A stretch of 64,000 nt of DNA from an uncultured Candidatus Entotheonella sp. (GCA_965217185.1 OZ244252.1:3968001-4032000), one strand, 5' to 3'; shown: positions 19,596 to 31,693, counted from the first letter of the stretch. Made by a program: numbers and translations. The notes: generated by a model from the sequence alone, not told the origin.

Positions 19596-21128
19596 ATGAC
19601 TTGGCCGCTTCTCAGTACCGTCGTGTTCCTGCCCTTGCTGGGCGCCATCATGCTGCTGGCCCTGCCGCGGCGGTGCGAGGCGTTGATGCGGGGATGGACG
19701 CTGGGCGTCATGCTGGTGACGTTCGTCGTCTCGGTGGCGCTTTACGCGGCGTTCGACAGCAGCCTGCCGGGCATGCAGTTCAGCGAGCAGGCGGCCTGGA
19801 TCGACGGGCTGGGCATCACCTACCACGTCGGCATCGACGGCATCAGCCTGCCGCTGTTCGTGCTGACGACGCTGCTGTCGCCGATTGCGCTGCTGAGCGC
19901 CTGGCAGAGCATCGACACCAAGGTGAAGGAATTCGCGGTTCTCATGCTGGTCCTGGAAACCAGCATGCTGGGCGCCTTCGTGGCGCTCGACCTCTTCCTG
20001 TTCTTCATTTTCTGGGAAGCGATGCTGATCCCCATGTACCTGATGATCGGCATGTGGGGCGGCGAGAACCGCCTGTATGCCACATTGAAATTCATCCTTT
20101 ACACCATGGCCGGCAGCGCCCTGATGCTGGTGGCGATTCTGGCCCTGCACGTCCTGCATCTGCAGCAGGGCGGCGGGCGCTCTTTTGATCTGTTCGATTT
20201 CTTCGCCCTCGACCTGTCGCTGCAGCAGCAAAAGCTCCTCTTCATGGCCTTCTTCCTGAGCTTCGCCATCAAAATACCGCTGTTTCCCTTCCATACTTGG
20301 CTGCCCGACGCGCACACGGAGGCGCCGACGGCCGGCAGCGTCATCCTGGCCGGGGTGTTGCTGAAGATGGGCGGCTACGGCTTCATCCGCTTCTGCCTGC
20401 CGCTGTTTCCCGCCGCCGCAACCGCGTTTGCGCCGCTGATTTCGGTGCTGGCGGTCATCGGCATTCTGTACGGCGCCCTGGTCGCCATGGTGCAGCCGGA
20501 CATCAAGCGGCTGGTTGCCTATTCCAGCGTCAGCCACCTGGGTCTGGTAATGCTCGGCATCTTCGCCGGCAACCTGGCCGGCTTGCAGGGCGGCATCCTG
20601 CAAATGGTCAACCACGGCCTTACCACTGGCGCGCTGTTTCTGCTGGTCGGCATGATCTATGACCGCCGCCACACCCGGCTGATCGCCGATTACGGCGGCC
20701 TGTGGCGGCAGATGCCGGTCTTCGCGGTGTTCTTCCTGATAGTGATGTTCGCCTCCATCGGCCTGCCGGGGTTGAACGGCTTTGTGGGCGAGTTCCTCAT
20801 CCTGCTCGGCGCCTTCGAGTTCAACCCCGGCTTCGCTGTGGTGGCGGCCCTCGGCATGATCCTGAGCGCCGTATACATGCTGTGGATGTACCAGCGGGTC
20901 ATGTACGGCGAGGTGACGCACGCGGCGAACCGCAACCTGCGCGACCTGTCGGCGCGGGAGATCACGCTGCTGGCGCCGCTGGTGCTGCTGATGTTCTGGA
21001 TCGGCATTTATCCGAGCACGTTCCTGCGCCCGACCGACGCCGCCTCCGCCCACTTGCTGGAGCAGGTGCGCAGCCGCGCCGTGCTGGCCGCGCCGGTATC
21101 CGCCCATGCAGGAGGACAGACCCCATGA
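19596..21128 (+). CDS. nuoM: NADH-quinone oxidoreductase subunit M (copy 1)
   Basis: FPFHTWLPDAHTEAPTAGSVILAGVLLKMG, AYSSVSHLG, LPGLNGFVGEF. Confidence 0.96.
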   Translation: MTWPLLSTVVFLPLLGAIMLLALPRRCEALMRGWTLGVMLVTFVVSVALYAAFDSSLPGMQFSEQAAWIDGLGITYHVGIDGISLPLFVLTTLLSPIALLSAWQSIDTKVKEFAVLMLVLETSMLGAFVALDLFLFFIFWEAMLIPMYLMIGMWGGENRLYATLKFILYTMAGSALMLVAILALHVLHLQQGGGRSFDLFDFFALDLSLQQQKLLFMAFFLSFAIKIPLFPFHTWLPDAHTEAPTAGSVILAGVLLKMGGYGFIRFCLPLFPAAATAFAPLISVLAVIGILYGALVAMVQPDIKRLVAYSSVSHLGLVMLGIFAGNLAGLQGGILQMVNHGLTTGALFLLVGMIYDRRHTRLIADYGGLWRQMPVFAVFFLIVMFASIGLPGLNGFVGEFLILLGAFEFNPGFAVVAALGMILSAVYMLWMYQRVMYGEVTHAANRNLRDLSAREITLLAPLVLLMFWIGIYPSTFLRPTDAASAHLLEQVRSRAVLAAPVSAHAGGQTP

Positions 21129-21475
21129 ACATGCTGCCGTTGCTCATCACTTTCCTTCTGGCCGGCTTGGTGTGCGTGGTGATGCTCTCCCTGTCGCGCT
21201 TGTTCGGGCCGCGGCGCCCGACGCCGGTGAAGTCGGAGCCGTTCGAGTGCGGCATGGAGCAGATGGAGCAGCCGCGTCGGCAGTTCTCCGTCAAGTTTTC
21301 GGTCGTCGCTATGCTGTTCATCGTGTTCGACATCGAGGTGGCCTTTCTGTACCCGTGGGCCGTGATGTTCCGGCGGCTCGATGTGGCTGGGTTCGTCGCC
21401 GTGCTGGTGTTCCTGGGGCTGCTGACAGTGGCCTTCGTGTACGCCTGGCGGCGCGGCGCGCTGGAGTGGAGCTGA
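21125..21475 (+). CDS. nuoA: NADH-quinone oxidoreductase subunit A
   Basis: KSEPFECG, FIVFDIEVAFLYPWA, RRGALEW. ATGA overlap with nuoM. Confidence 0.94.
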   Translation: MNMLPLLITFLLAGLVCVVMLSLSRLFGPRRPTPVKSEPFECGMEQMEQPRRQFSVKFSVVAMLFIVFDIEVAFLYPWAVMFRRLDVAGFVAVLVFLGLLTVAFVYAWRRGALEWS

Positions 21476-23199
21476 TGCCGGGGGAAGATATGGTGGTTGA
21501 AGAATCCGTGACCAGCGCCAAGCTGAAGCAGGCGTTTGCCGACGCGGTGCTGGGGCAGCACGCCGAGCACGGCGACGATACGCTGACGGTGCGCCGCGAG
21601 GCGTGGCGGGACGCGGCGCGCTTCCTGCGCGACGAGCCGGATTTGCGTTACAACGTGCTGATGGACCTGACGGCGGTGGATTACCTCACCCTGGGGGATG
21701 GCGGCAGGGCGGCGCGCTACGAAGTGGTGGCGCATCTGTACTCGCTGTCGCACAACCAGCGGGTGCGGCTGAAGACCGCGGTGCCGGACGACGATCCGCG
21801 CATCGACTCCCTCATGCCGGTGTGGGAGGGGGCCAACTGGTTCGAGCGCGAGGTCTACGACATGTTCGGCATCACCTTTGACGACCACCCGGACCTGCGC
21901 CGCATCCTGCTGTACAACGGCTTCGAGGGCCACCCGCTGCGTAAGGATTACCCGCAGGACAAGGAACAGCCGCTGGACCACAACGCCCAGGACCCGACGT
22001 TCTACATGAACAAGCGCGACGACGCCGGGTCTGAAACGCGCCACATGTTCGTGCACATGGGCCCGAGCCATCCGGCCATGCACGGCGTCATTCACATGAC
22101 GCTCGAACTGGACGGCGAGACGATTGTCGACGGCGACACCGAGATCGGCTACCTGCACCGCGCCTTCGAGAAGGAGGCGGAGAGCCATACCTACACGCAG
22201 GTGATCCCGTACACCGACCGGCTGAACTACGTGTCGCCGCTGATTAACAACGTCGGCTTCGTGCTGGCGGTGGAGAAGCTCTTCGACGTCGAGACGCCGG
22301 AGCGCTGCCAGTATATCCGGGTACTGGTCAGCGAGTTGTCGCGTATCACCGACCACCTCACCTGCATCGCCGCCAACGCCATGGAGCTCGGCGCTTTCAC
22401 GGTCTACTTCTACTTTATCAAGGCGCGGGAGGAAATCTGGAAGCTGGTCGAGGCCATCTGCGGCGCCCGCCTCACCACCACCTACACCCGCGTGGGCGGC
22501 GTCATGGCTGACCTGCCGGTGGACTTTGCGGACCGCCTGGCACAGGTTCTGGTGCTGTTGCACGAGCAGATGCACGACGTGGAGCGTCTGTTACAGAAAA
22601 ACCGCATCTTCCACGACCGCATGCGCGGCACCGGCATCATCGCGCCGCACGACGCCCTGGCACTGAGCTTCACCGGCCCGGTGCTGCGCTCGACCGGGGT
22701 CGATTTCGACGTGCGCAAGACGACGCCGTATCTGGTCTACGACCGCCTGGATTTCGACGTGCCGCTCGGCGAGACAGGCGACAACTACGATCGCTACTTG
22801 GTGCGCATGGAGGAGATCCGGCAGAGCGTTCGCCTCGTCGAGCAGTGCATGGCGCAGATGCCCGACGGGCCGGTGCAACTCGACGACGCGCGCATGACGA
22901 TGCCGCCGAAGGCCGAGGTTTACGGTACCATCGAGGGATTGATGAACCACTTCAAGCTGATCATCGAGGGCATCAAGCCGCCCGCCGGCGAGGCGTACGT
23001 GCCGGTGGAGGGCGCCAACGGCGAGCTGGGCTTTTATCTGGTCAGCGACGGCACCGGCCGTCCGTACCGCTGCCGGGTGCGGCCGCCGTGCTTCGCCCTC
23101 ATGCAGGGTCTGCAAAAGATGCTCAAAGGCGGCATGGTCGCCGACGTGGTGGCGACGTTCGGCACCATCAACATGATCGCCGGCGAGAACGACCGGTGA
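21475..23199 (+). CDS. nuoCD: Fused NADH-quinone oxidoreductase subunit C/D
   Basis: ANWFEREVYDMFGI..GHPLRKDYP (C) fused to MGPSHPAMHG, GYLHRAFEK, DRLNY, GENDR (D). TGATG overlap with nuoA. Confidence 0.95.
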   Translation: MPGEDMVVEESVTSAKLKQAFADAVLGQHAEHGDDTLTVRREAWRDAARFLRDEPDLRYNVLMDLTAVDYLTLGDGGRAARYEVVAHLYSLSHNQRVRLKTAVPDDDPRIDSLMPVWEGANWFEREVYDMFGITFDDHPDLRRILLYNGFEGHPLRKDYPQDKEQPLDHNAQDPTFYMNKRDDAGSETRHMFVHMGPSHPAMHGVIHMTLELDGETIVDGDTEIGYLHRAFEKEAESHTYTQVIPYTDRLNYVSPLINNVGFVLAVEKLFDVETPERCQYIRVLVSELSRITDHLTCIAANAMELGAFTVYFYFIKAREEIWKLVEAICGARLTTTYTRVGGVMADLPVDFADRLAQVLVLLHEQMHDVERLLQKNRIFHDRMRGTGIIAPHDALALSFTGPVLRSTGVDFDVRKTTPYLVYDRLDFDVPLGETGDNYDRYLVRMEEIRQSVRLVEQCMAQMPDGPVQLDDARMTMPPKAEVYGTIEGLMNHFKLIIEGIKPPAGEAYVPVEGANGELGFYLVSDGTGRPYRCRVRPPCFALMQGLQKMLKGGMVADVVATFGTINMIAGENDR

Positions 23200-23307
23200 G
23201 GAGAGCAGTGACTGGTGATTAGTGGTTCAGCAGGGGCGGATGTCTTCGTTGTTCTGGGCACTCGTCACTGACTACTAGCCACTGCATTTAGGGAGGACGA
23301 CCGCGCC

Positions 23308-23786
23308 ATGGCCATGCAACTCTCCGAGGCCGCCCAGACTCGCATCACGCAGTTGATCGAACGCTATCCGACGCCGCGCGCCGTGATGCTGCCGGCGCTG
23401 CACTTGGCGACGCAGGAGTTTCCGTATCTCGACGACGAGGTGTGCCAGGCGGTGGCCGACCTGCTGCAGGTGCCGATGGTGGACGTGAAGGGCGTGGCGA
23501 CGTTCTACACCATGTTTCCGACCGAGCCGCAGGGCACCTGCGAGGTGCATATCTGTTTCAACCTGTCGTGCTCGCTGAAGGGCGCCCGGCGCCTCTTGCG
23601 GCGCGCCGAGCAGCAGCTTGGCATCGAGGTGGGGCAGACGACGCCGGACGGACGGTTCACCCTGCGCGGCGTCGAGTGCATGGCGGCGTGCGACAAGGCA
23701 CCGATGCTGTACGTGAACGACGAGTTGTACGGCAACGTGACTGAGGAAAAGCTGGACGAACTGCTGCAACAGAAAAGCAGTGGGGA

Positions 23787-23790
<4 letters not shown>
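23308..23790 (+). CDS. nuoE: NADH-quinone oxidoreductase subunit E
   Basis: VATFYTMF and the [2Fe-2S] ligands CFNLSC and CMAAC. Confidence 0.95.
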
Positions 23791-25070
<1,280 letters not shown>

Positions 25071-25088
25071 GGCAGCGGAGACGAAACG

Positions 25089-26174
25089 GTGATGGTTGAC
25101 GTTCTGATCATCTTGCTCAAGGTCCTCGTGGTGCTGCTGGCGCTGCTCCACCTGGGGGCGCTGCTGACCTGGGCGGAGCGCAAGCAGAGCGCCGCCATCC
25201 AGGACCGCATCGGCCCCAACCGGGCGCGCATCGCCGGGCGGGCGGCCATGGGCCTGTTCCACGTCATTGCCGACGGCATCAAGATGGTGACCAAGGAAGA
25301 CTTCGTGCCCGCCGGAGCGCACCGCACGCTGCACACCCTGGCGCCGGCGGCGGCGCTGTTTCCCGCTCTGGTGGTGTTCGCGGTCATTCCGTTCGGCGAC
25401 GTGCTGCGCATCGGCGAGCGCGTCATCCCCTTGCAGATCGCCGACCTGAACGTCGGCATCGTCTACATCTTCGCCATTTCCTCCATGGCGGTGTACGGCA
25501 CCATGCTGGCGGGTTGGGCGTCGAACAACAACTACGCGCTGCTCGGCGGCCTGCGCGCCTCGTCGCAGATGATCTCGTACGAGATCACCATGGGGCTGTC
25601 GATCATCGGCGTGCTGATGATCTACGAAACGGCGCAGTTGAACGTTATCGTGCAGAAGCAGGGCGAACTGCTGTGGGGCTTCCTGCCCAAGTGGGGCATC
25701 GTGGTGCAGCCGGCGGCCTTCTTTCTCTTCCTGGCCGCGGCGATGGCCGAAAACAAGCGGGTGCCGTTCGACCTGCCGGAAGGCGAGTCGGAAATCATCG
25801 GCTACTTCGTCGAATACAGCAGCATGAAGTTCGCCATGTTCTTCTTGGCGGAGTTCGTCGAGATCGTCATCGTTTCCGGTCTCGTGGTTACGCTGTTCTT
25901 CGGCGGCTGGCAGGTCCCCTACCTGTTCGCCGACGGCTTTCACTGGCCGTTCGGCTGGGGCGTCTGGCAACTGCCGCACCTGCTGGTGGTGCCGCTGCAG
26001 GTGGCGTCGTTCGGCTTCAAGGTGCTGATCGGCTGCTGGATACTGCTGACGGTGCGCTGGACGCTGCCGCGTTTTCGCTATGACCAGGTGATGCATCTGG
26101 GCTGGAAGATTCTGCTTGAGCTGGCCTTTGTCAACCTGCTGATTACCGCCGTAGTGGTGTTGCTGATTACCTGA
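25089..26174 (+). CDS. nuoH: NADH-quinone oxidoreductase subunit H
   Basis: ERKQSAAIQDRIGPN, RVPFDLPEGESE, RWTLPRFRYDQ. Confidence 0.96.
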   Translation: MMVDVLIILLKVLVVLLALLHLGALLTWAERKQSAAIQDRIGPNRARIAGRAAMGLFHVIADGIKMVTKEDFVPAGAHRTLHTLAPAAALFPALVVFAVIPFGDVLRIGERVIPLQIADLNVGIVYIFAISSMAVYGTMLAGWASNNNYALLGGLRASSQMISYEITMGLSIIGVLMIYETAQLNVIVQKQGELLWGFLPKWGIVVQPAAFFLFLAAAMAENKRVPFDLPEGESEIIGYFVEYSSMKFAMFFLAEFVEIVIVSGLVVTLFFGGWQVPYLFADGFHWPFGWGVWQLPHLLVVPLQVASFGFKVLIGCWILLTVRWTLPRFRYDQVMHLGWKILLELAFVNLLITAVVVLLIT

Positions 26175-26195
26175 TACGGACAAGTCTGGAAGCCA

Positions 26196-26687
26196 ATGGA
26201 AGTCTTTTTATTCTGGATATTTGCGGTTGTCGGGATGGGCTGCGGGTTCCTCGTGGTGTGGCACCGCAACCCGATGAACAGCGCCATCTATCTGGTCATC
26301 ACCATGCTGTGCCTGGCCGGCCTGTACGTGCTGCTGATGAGCGGCTTCGTGGCTACGGTGCAAATTCTCATCTACGCCGGCGCCGTCATGGTGCTGATGC
26401 TGTTCGTCATCATGATGCTCAACCTGCGCGCCGACACCCTGCAGCGTGAGGGCAGCACGCGGGCTTGGCTGCTGGCCGGCGTCATCGGTGTGGTGCTGGT
26501 CTTTCGCATCGCCCAGCTGTTTTCCATTGGCGACCCAAACCCGCCGGTAGCCGAGGATTTCGGTACTATCGAGGCGGTCGGTGCCAGCATGTTCAGCACC
26601 TATCTGTTGCCATTCGAACTCGCCGCGGTGTTGCTGCTGATCGCGGTGATTGGCGCCGTCATCCTGGCCAAACGCACGACGCCGTAG
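26196..26687 (+). CDS. nuoJ: NADH-quinone oxidoreductase subunit J (copy 1)
   Basis: VQILIYAGAVMVL, YLLPFELAAVLLLIA. Confidence 0.94.
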   Translation: MEVFLFWIFAVVGMGCGFLVVWHRNPMNSAIYLVITMLCLAGLYVLLMSGFVATVQILIYAGAVMVLMLFVIMMLNLRADTLQREGSTRAWLLAGVIGVVLVFRIAQLFSIGDPNPPVAEDFGTIEAVGASMFSTYLLPFELAAVLLLIAVIGAVILAKRTTP

Positions 26688-26708
26688 CGGCTTTGGAGTT
26701 CCAAACCG

Positions 26709-27011
26709 ATGATTCCCGTGCCGTACTATCTCGTGATCAGCGCCGTCCTGTTCATCACCGGGGCCATCGGTGTACTGATGCGCCGCAACGCCCTGATCAT
26801 GCTGATGTCGCTCGAGCTCATGCTCAACGCCGTCAATCTGAGCTTTGTGGCCTACGCGCGCATGCTCAACGACACAGGCGGACACGTCATCGTCTTTCTG
26901 AACATCGCCGTTGCCGCCGCCGAGGCGGTGGTGGGCCTGGCGATTCTGCTGGCCATTTTCCGCGACCGGGAAACGGTCAACATCGACCACTTGAATCTGA
27001 TGCGGCACTGA
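26709..27011 (+). CDS. nuoK: NADH-quinone oxidoreductase subunit K (copy 1)
   Basis: MSLELMLNAVN, AAAEAVVGLA. Confidence 0.95.
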   Translation: MIPVPYYLVISAVLFITGAIGVLMRRNALIMLMSLELMLNAVNLSFVAYARMLNDTGGHVIVFLNIAVAAAEAVVGLAILLAIFRDRETVNIDHLNLMRH

Positions 27012-27051
27012 GGCCGCTGGCCAAGGTATTTCCGTATCGGGCTGCACGACG

Positions 27052-27090
27052 CCCCCTCTCCCCTGGCGGGAGAGGGTTGGGGTGAGGGGG
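27052..27090. repeat. REP-like palindromic element between nuoK and nuoN
   Basis: CCCCCTCTCCCCTGGCGGGAGAGGGTTGGGGTGAGGGG. A related sequence lies at ~38092-38124. Confidence 0.6.
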
Positions 27091-27143
27091 AAGCCCCCGG
27101 GTTTGCACGCCTGCTTGATCCGAACGTGAATTAGGGAAGGGAC

Positions 27144-28625
27144 ATGGAAGCACTGGCATTGCTGGAGAGCACGGCGGCGTTGCTGCCGCACGTCACGGTC
27201 CTGGTCACGGGCCTGGTCGTGCTGGTGCTCGACCTGTTCCCGCTGCCGCGCGACCTGGGCCAGGCTGGCAGCCGCTGGGTCACCGAGGCGGTCAGCCTGG
27301 TCGGCTTGGCGCTGGCGTTCGCGTGCGCCCTGTGCCAGGCCGGCGGCGAGCCGCGCACCGTGTTCATGGGCATGGCGGCGGTGGACGGCCTGGGAACGTT
27401 CTTCAACGCCGCGTTCGTGCTGATTGCGGCGCTCACCGTGCTGCTGTCGGCCCATTACGTGCGGCGCGAGGACATCCGCCCCGGCGAGTACTACGCGCTG
27501 ATTCTGTTCGCCACCCTGGGCTTCATGTTCGTGGGCAGTTCGTCCGACCTGGTGATGATGTTCCTGGCCATCGAAACCTTCTCCATGGCGACGTACATCC
27601 TGGCGGGCCTGCTGCGCGACACGCCGCGCTCCCTGGAATCGGCCTTCAAGTATTTCATGCTCGGGTCGTTTTCCTCGGCCTTTTTCCTCTACGGCATCGC
27701 TACGCTCTACGGCGCTTTGGGCACCACGAACCTGTTGGCTCTGTCGCAGGCTATGAGCGTGGAAGGCACGTCGCCGCTGCTGCTGATGGGCATGGGGCTG
27801 CTGATTGTCGGCCTGGGCTTCAAGGTGGCGGTGGTGCCGTTTCACATGTGGGCGCCGGACGTGTACGAGGGCGCCCCGACGGCGGTGACGGCGTTCATGA
27901 CCGCCGGACCCAAGGCGGCCGCCTTCGCCGCTCTGTTGCGGGTGTTTACGCAGGGTTTCGGCGCCCCCGCGTTCAGTGAGGAATGGGTGCCAATCTTCGC
28001 CGTGCTGGCGGCGCTGACGATGCTCCTGGGCAATATCGTGGCCATCGTGCAGCAGAGCGTCAAACGCATGCTGGCCTACTCCAGCATTGCGCACGCCGGT
28101 TACGCTTTCGTTGCCTTGGTGGCGCACAACGCCGCCGGGGCCGGCAGCATCCTTTACTACCTGGTCGCCTACGCGTTCATGTCGCTGGGCGCCTTCACCG
28201 TGCTGATGATCGTCGCCCGTCGCGACGACCAGCGGCACGCCTTCGACGATTACGCCGGCCTGGGCGCGACGAACCCCGCGCTGGCGGCCATCATGTCGCT
28301 GTTCATGTTCGCCCTGGCCGGCTTTCCGCCCACCGCCGGGTTTGCGGGCAAGTTCTACGTGTTCAGCGCCGCGGCGCAGTCCGGCTACTACGTCCTGGCC
28401 CTGATCGGCGTGCTCACCAGCGTCATTTCGGTGGTGTACTACGCGCGGGTCGTCATTCTGATGTACATGCACGAGCCCGACGCCGACGCGCCGCGCATTC
28501 GTCTGGAGCCGACCTCAATGGCGGCGTTGGGCGTCACCGTTTTCGGGGTGCTTTATCTGGGGATTTTTCCGGGCGGCGTGATGCATTTGGCGGCGCGTTC
28601 GGTGGCCTTTCTGTTTCCCGGCTAG
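27144..28625 (+). CDS. nuoN: NADH-quinone oxidoreductase subunit N (copy 1)
   Basis: ESAFKYFMLG, FKVAVVPFHMWAPDVYEGAPT, KRMLAYSSIAHAGY. Confidence 0.96.
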   Translation: MEALALLESTAALLPHVTVLVTGLVVLVLDLFPLPRDLGQAGSRWVTEAVSLVGLALAFACALCQAGGEPRTVFMGMAAVDGLGTFFNAAFVLIAALTVLLSAHYVRREDIRPGEYYALILFATLGFMFVGSSSDLVMMFLAIETFSMATYILAGLLRDTPRSLESAFKYFMLGSFSSAFFLYGIATLYGALGTTNLLALSQAMSVEGTSPLLLMGMGLLIVGLGFKVAVVPFHMWAPDVYEGAPTAVTAFMTAGPKAAAFAALLRVFTQGFGAPAFSEEWVPIFAVLAALTMLLGNIVAIVQQSVKRMLAYSSIAHAGYAFVALVAHNAAGAGSILYYLVAYAFMSLGAFTVLMIVARRDDQRHAFDDYAGLGATNPALAAIMSLFMFALAGFPPTAGFAGKFYVFSAAAQSGYYVLALIGVLTSVISVVYYARVVILMYMHEPDADAPRIRLEPTSMAALGVTVFGVLYLGIFPGGVMHLAARSVAFLFPG

Positions 28626-28721
28626 AAGGTGTAAATGACGCCCCTGCAATCGGTTGATAGCCCGCGGTGGCTGTGCTATGGTTCCCGGAAATCCTATTTG
28701 AAGGTGGTCTGAGGGAGTCGT

Positions 28722-29294
28722 ATGGTTTTTTTCTTCCTTCTCTTTACCATCGTCGGGCTGGCCTCGGCGGTGATGGTGGTGACACGGAAAAACGTCATGC
28801 ACGCGGCGCTGTTTTTGCTGCTGACGTTTGCCTGCGTCGGCGCCACTTACGTCATGCTGCGGGCCGAGGTGCTGGCGGCGGTTCAGGTGCTGGTCTACGC
28901 CGGCGCCGTCATGGTGCTGTTCCTCTTCGCCATCCTGTTGGTGAACATGCCGGAGGCGGTGCGGCTACGGCAATGGACGCGCCAGAGCACCGTGGCGGTG
29001 GTATTGGCGGGTTTGACGGGCCTGTGGCTGATCATCGCCACGGTTCGCGCCTTCACTGGCTTTGCGGTGCCTCCCGAAGCCGCCACGCAACCCCTTGGCA
29101 CGCCGCGCGCCATCGGCGAGGCGTTGTTTTCCGATTACGTCCTGCCTTTTGAAATTGCTTCGCTCATCCTGCTTGCCGCCATGGTCGGTGCGATTGTCCT
29201 GGCGCGCGAGACGGCTCGGGAGGAAGAGCGCCCCGACGAGGCGCTGACCGAGCCGCCGCAGCCGGACACGCAGGAAGACCAGCAACCCGTCTAG
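28722..29294 (+). CDS. nuoJ: NADH-quinone oxidoreductase subunit J (copy 2)
   Basis: VQVLVYAGAVMVLFLFAI, YVLPFEIASLILL. Confidence 0.94.
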   Translation: MVFFFLLFTIVGLASAVMVVTRKNVMHAALFLLLTFACVGATYVMLRAEVLAAVQVLVYAGAVMVLFLFAILLVNMPEAVRLRQWTRQSTVAVVLAGLTGLWLIIATVRAFTGFAVPPEAATQPLGTPRAIGEALFSDYVLPFEIASLILLAAMVGAIVLARETAREEERPDEALTEPPQPDTQEDQQPV

Positions 29295-29318
29295 CCCGTC
29301 ACGAAGTGGAGAAAGCCG

Positions 29319-29621
29319 TTGGTGCCGTTGTCATGGTATTTGGTGTTTGGTGCGTTGCTTTTCATGATTGGGGTCGTCGGGGTGCTGACGCGCCGCAACG
29401 TGATTATCGTGCTCATGTCCATTGAATTGATGCTCAACGCCGTGAACGTCACGCTGATCAGCTTCTCGCATTACCTGCAGGATTTACGCGGTCAGATCTT
29501 CACCCTCTTCATCATCGCGGTTGCCGCCTCCGAGGCCGCCATTGGCCTGGCGCTGGTGATCTCGATGTACCGCGGTAAATCCACCTTTAACCTGGACGAG
29601 GTCAACGTGTTGAAGTGGTAA
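29319..29621 (+). CDS. nuoK: NADH-quinone oxidoreductase subunit K (copy 2)
   Basis: MSIELMLNAVN, AASEAAIGLA. Confidence 0.95.
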   Translation: MVPLSWYLVFGALLFMIGVVGVLTRRNVIIVLMSIELMLNAVNVTLISFSHYLQDLRGQIFTLFIIAVAASEAAIGLALVISMYRGKSTFNLDEVNVLKW

Positions 29622-29710
29622 GGGGTTGCCGTTACGGCAGGCCGTTGCAGGGCTTGTGCCGTGCGCCGCCGTTGGGCAAGCCCTTGATCACATAAGGAAT
29701 TGTTTGTCCT

Positions 29711-31684
29711 ATGAAAGTTCTCGTGTGGTTGATCCCGATTCTGCCCGCCGTGGCCGTGCTGATCAACGGCCTGCTGGGGCGGCGCGTCCTGCGCGACAAG
29801 GCCCATTACCTCGGCGTCGGCTCGGTCGGGTTGGCCCTGTTGTGCGCCCTGATCGTCATCCTGCGCGTCATCGCCGACCCGCAGCATCCGATCGAGGCCA
29901 AGCTGTACCCCTGGATTTTTGCCGGCTCCTTCTCGGTGGACATGGGGCTGATGGTCGACTCGCTGAGCGCCGTCATGCTGTTCGTGGTGTGCGGCGTCGG
30001 CTTCCTGGTGCACGTTTATTCCGTTGGCTACATGCACGGCGACCCCAGCTACCCGCGCTTCTTCACCTACCTCAATCTGTTCATGACCTCCATGCTGGTG
30101 CTGGTGCTGGCGGACAATTACCTGCTGATGTTCGTTGGTTGGGAGGGGGTGGGGCTGTGTTCCTACCTGCTGATCGGCTTCTGGTACGAGCGCCGCTCAG
30201 CCTCGGATGCCGGCAAGAAAGCCTTCATCGTCAACCGCATCGGCGACGCCGGGTTCATCCTGGCGATGGCGCTGATTTTCTGGACCACCGGCTCCCTGGC
30301 GTACCACGACGTGTTTGCGGCGGCCGCCGACCACAAGATCACCACCGGCATCGCCACGGCGATCACCCTGCTGCTGTTCATCGGCGCCATGGGCAAATCG
30401 GCGCAGATTCCGTTATACGTGTGGCTGCCCGACGCCATGGAAGGGCCGACACCGGTCAGCGCCCTGATCCACGCCGCCACGATGGTCACGGCGGGCGTCT
30501 ACATGGTGGTGCGCAGCCAGGCGCTGTATCTCCTGGCGCCGGTCTCGATGGACGTGATGGCGGGTATCGGGGCGTTCACGGCGCTGTTCGCTGCCAGCAT
30601 CGCCCTGGTGCAGACCGACATCAAGCGGGTGCTGGCGTATTCCACGGTCAGCCAATTGGGCTACATGTTCCTCGGCTGCGGGGTCGGCGCGTTCACCTCG
30701 GGCCTGTTCCACGTCATGACGCACGCCTTCTTCAAGGGCCTGCTCTTCCTCGGCGCCGGCAGCGTCATCCACGCCATGCACGAGGAGCAGGACATGCGGC
30801 GCATGGGCGGGCTGAGGCGCCACATACGGGGAACCTACGACACGATGTTGCTGGCGACTATTGCGATCGCCGGCATTCCGCCCTTCGCGGGCTTCTGGAG
30901 CAAGGACGAAATCCTGGCCTCGGCGATCAAGGGCGGTCACGTCCTGTGGTGGGTGCTGGGCCTGTGCGCCGCCTTCATGACGTCGTTCTACATGTTCCGG
31001 CTGATCTTCATGACCTTCCGGGGCGAGGAGCGGTTCGACACCGAGCAGGTGCACCCGCACGAATCGCCGCCGTCGATGCTGCAGCCGCTGCGGATTCTGG
31101 CCGTCCTGTCGGTCATCGGCGGCGTTATCGTGGGCATTCCGCCGGAGAACGGGTTGTTTCACAAGTTCGTGGCGCACGCCTTCCAGCATCACGGCGAGCA
31201 TGCCGTGCACGCCTTTCATTTCTGGCCCGACGTGCCCCTCATGCTGCTGTCAACGGTGATCGCGCTCGGCGGTCTGTACCTTGCCTATCTGTTCTATATC
31301 CAGGATCCGGAACGCCCGAAACGCCTGGCGGAAAGATTTGCCTTCGCCTACGAGACGCTGCTCAACAAGTATTACATCGACGAGTTTTACGACGCTTACA
31401 TCGTGCGCCCGGTGATGTGGAGCACCGGTGCCTTGTGGAGCGTCGACGCGCGCGTGGTGGACGGCGTGGTGAACGGCTTTGGGGCCTTCACGCGGCTTTA
31501 CGCCAACTGGTCCGGCATCGTTGATCGCTGGGTGGTCGATGGGGCGGTGAACGGCGTCGGCACCGTCATCCAGAGCGGCTCGCGGGCTTTCCGACTCATC
31601 CAGACGGGTGTGGTGCAGAACTACCTGCTCGTCATGGCCCTCGGGCTATTCGTCTTTGTCACGATTTATTTGATAGTCATATAA
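29711..31684 (+). CDS. nuoL: NADH-quinone oxidoreductase subunit L (copy 2)
   Basis: GKSAQIPLYVWLPDAMEGPTPVSALIHAATMV, THAFFKGLLF. Confidence 0.96.
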   Translation: MKVLVWLIPILPAVAVLINGLLGRRVLRDKAHYLGVGSVGLALLCALIVILRVIADPQHPIEAKLYPWIFAGSFSVDMGLMVDSLSAVMLFVVCGVGFLVHVYSVGYMHGDPSYPRFFTYLNLFMTSMLVLVLADNYLLMFVGWEGVGLCSYLLIGFWYERRSASDAGKKAFIVNRIGDAGFILAMALIFWTTGSLAYHDVFAAAADHKITTGIATAITLLLFIGAMGKSAQIPLYVWLPDAMEGPTPVSALIHAATMVTAGVYMVVRSQALYLLAPVSMDVMAGIGAFTALFAASIALVQTDIKRVLAYSTVSQLGYMFLGCGVGAFTSGLFHVMTHAFFKGLLFLGAGSVIHAMHEEQDMRRMGGLRRHIRGTYDTMLLATIAIAGIPPFAGFWSKDEILASAIKGGHVLWWVLGLCAAFMTSFYMFRLIFMTFRGEERFDTEQVHPHESPPSMLQPLRILAVLSVIGGVIVGIPPENGLFHKFVAHAFQHHGEHAVHAFHFWPDVPLMLLSTVIALGGLYLAYLFYIQDPERPKRLAERFAFAYETLLNKYYIDEFYDAYIVRPVMWSTGALWSVDARVVDGVVNGFGAFTRLYANWSGIVDRWVVDGAVNGVGTVIQSGSRAFRLIQTGVVQNYLLVMALGLFVFVTIYLIVI

Positions 31685-31693
31685 GGTTTCAAT

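Noticed and set aside
21475..23199. Group 4 [NiFe]-hydrogenase large subunit
   Set aside because: No N- or C-terminal CxxC Ni-binding motifs. The quinone-site His/Tyr motifs of NuoD are present.
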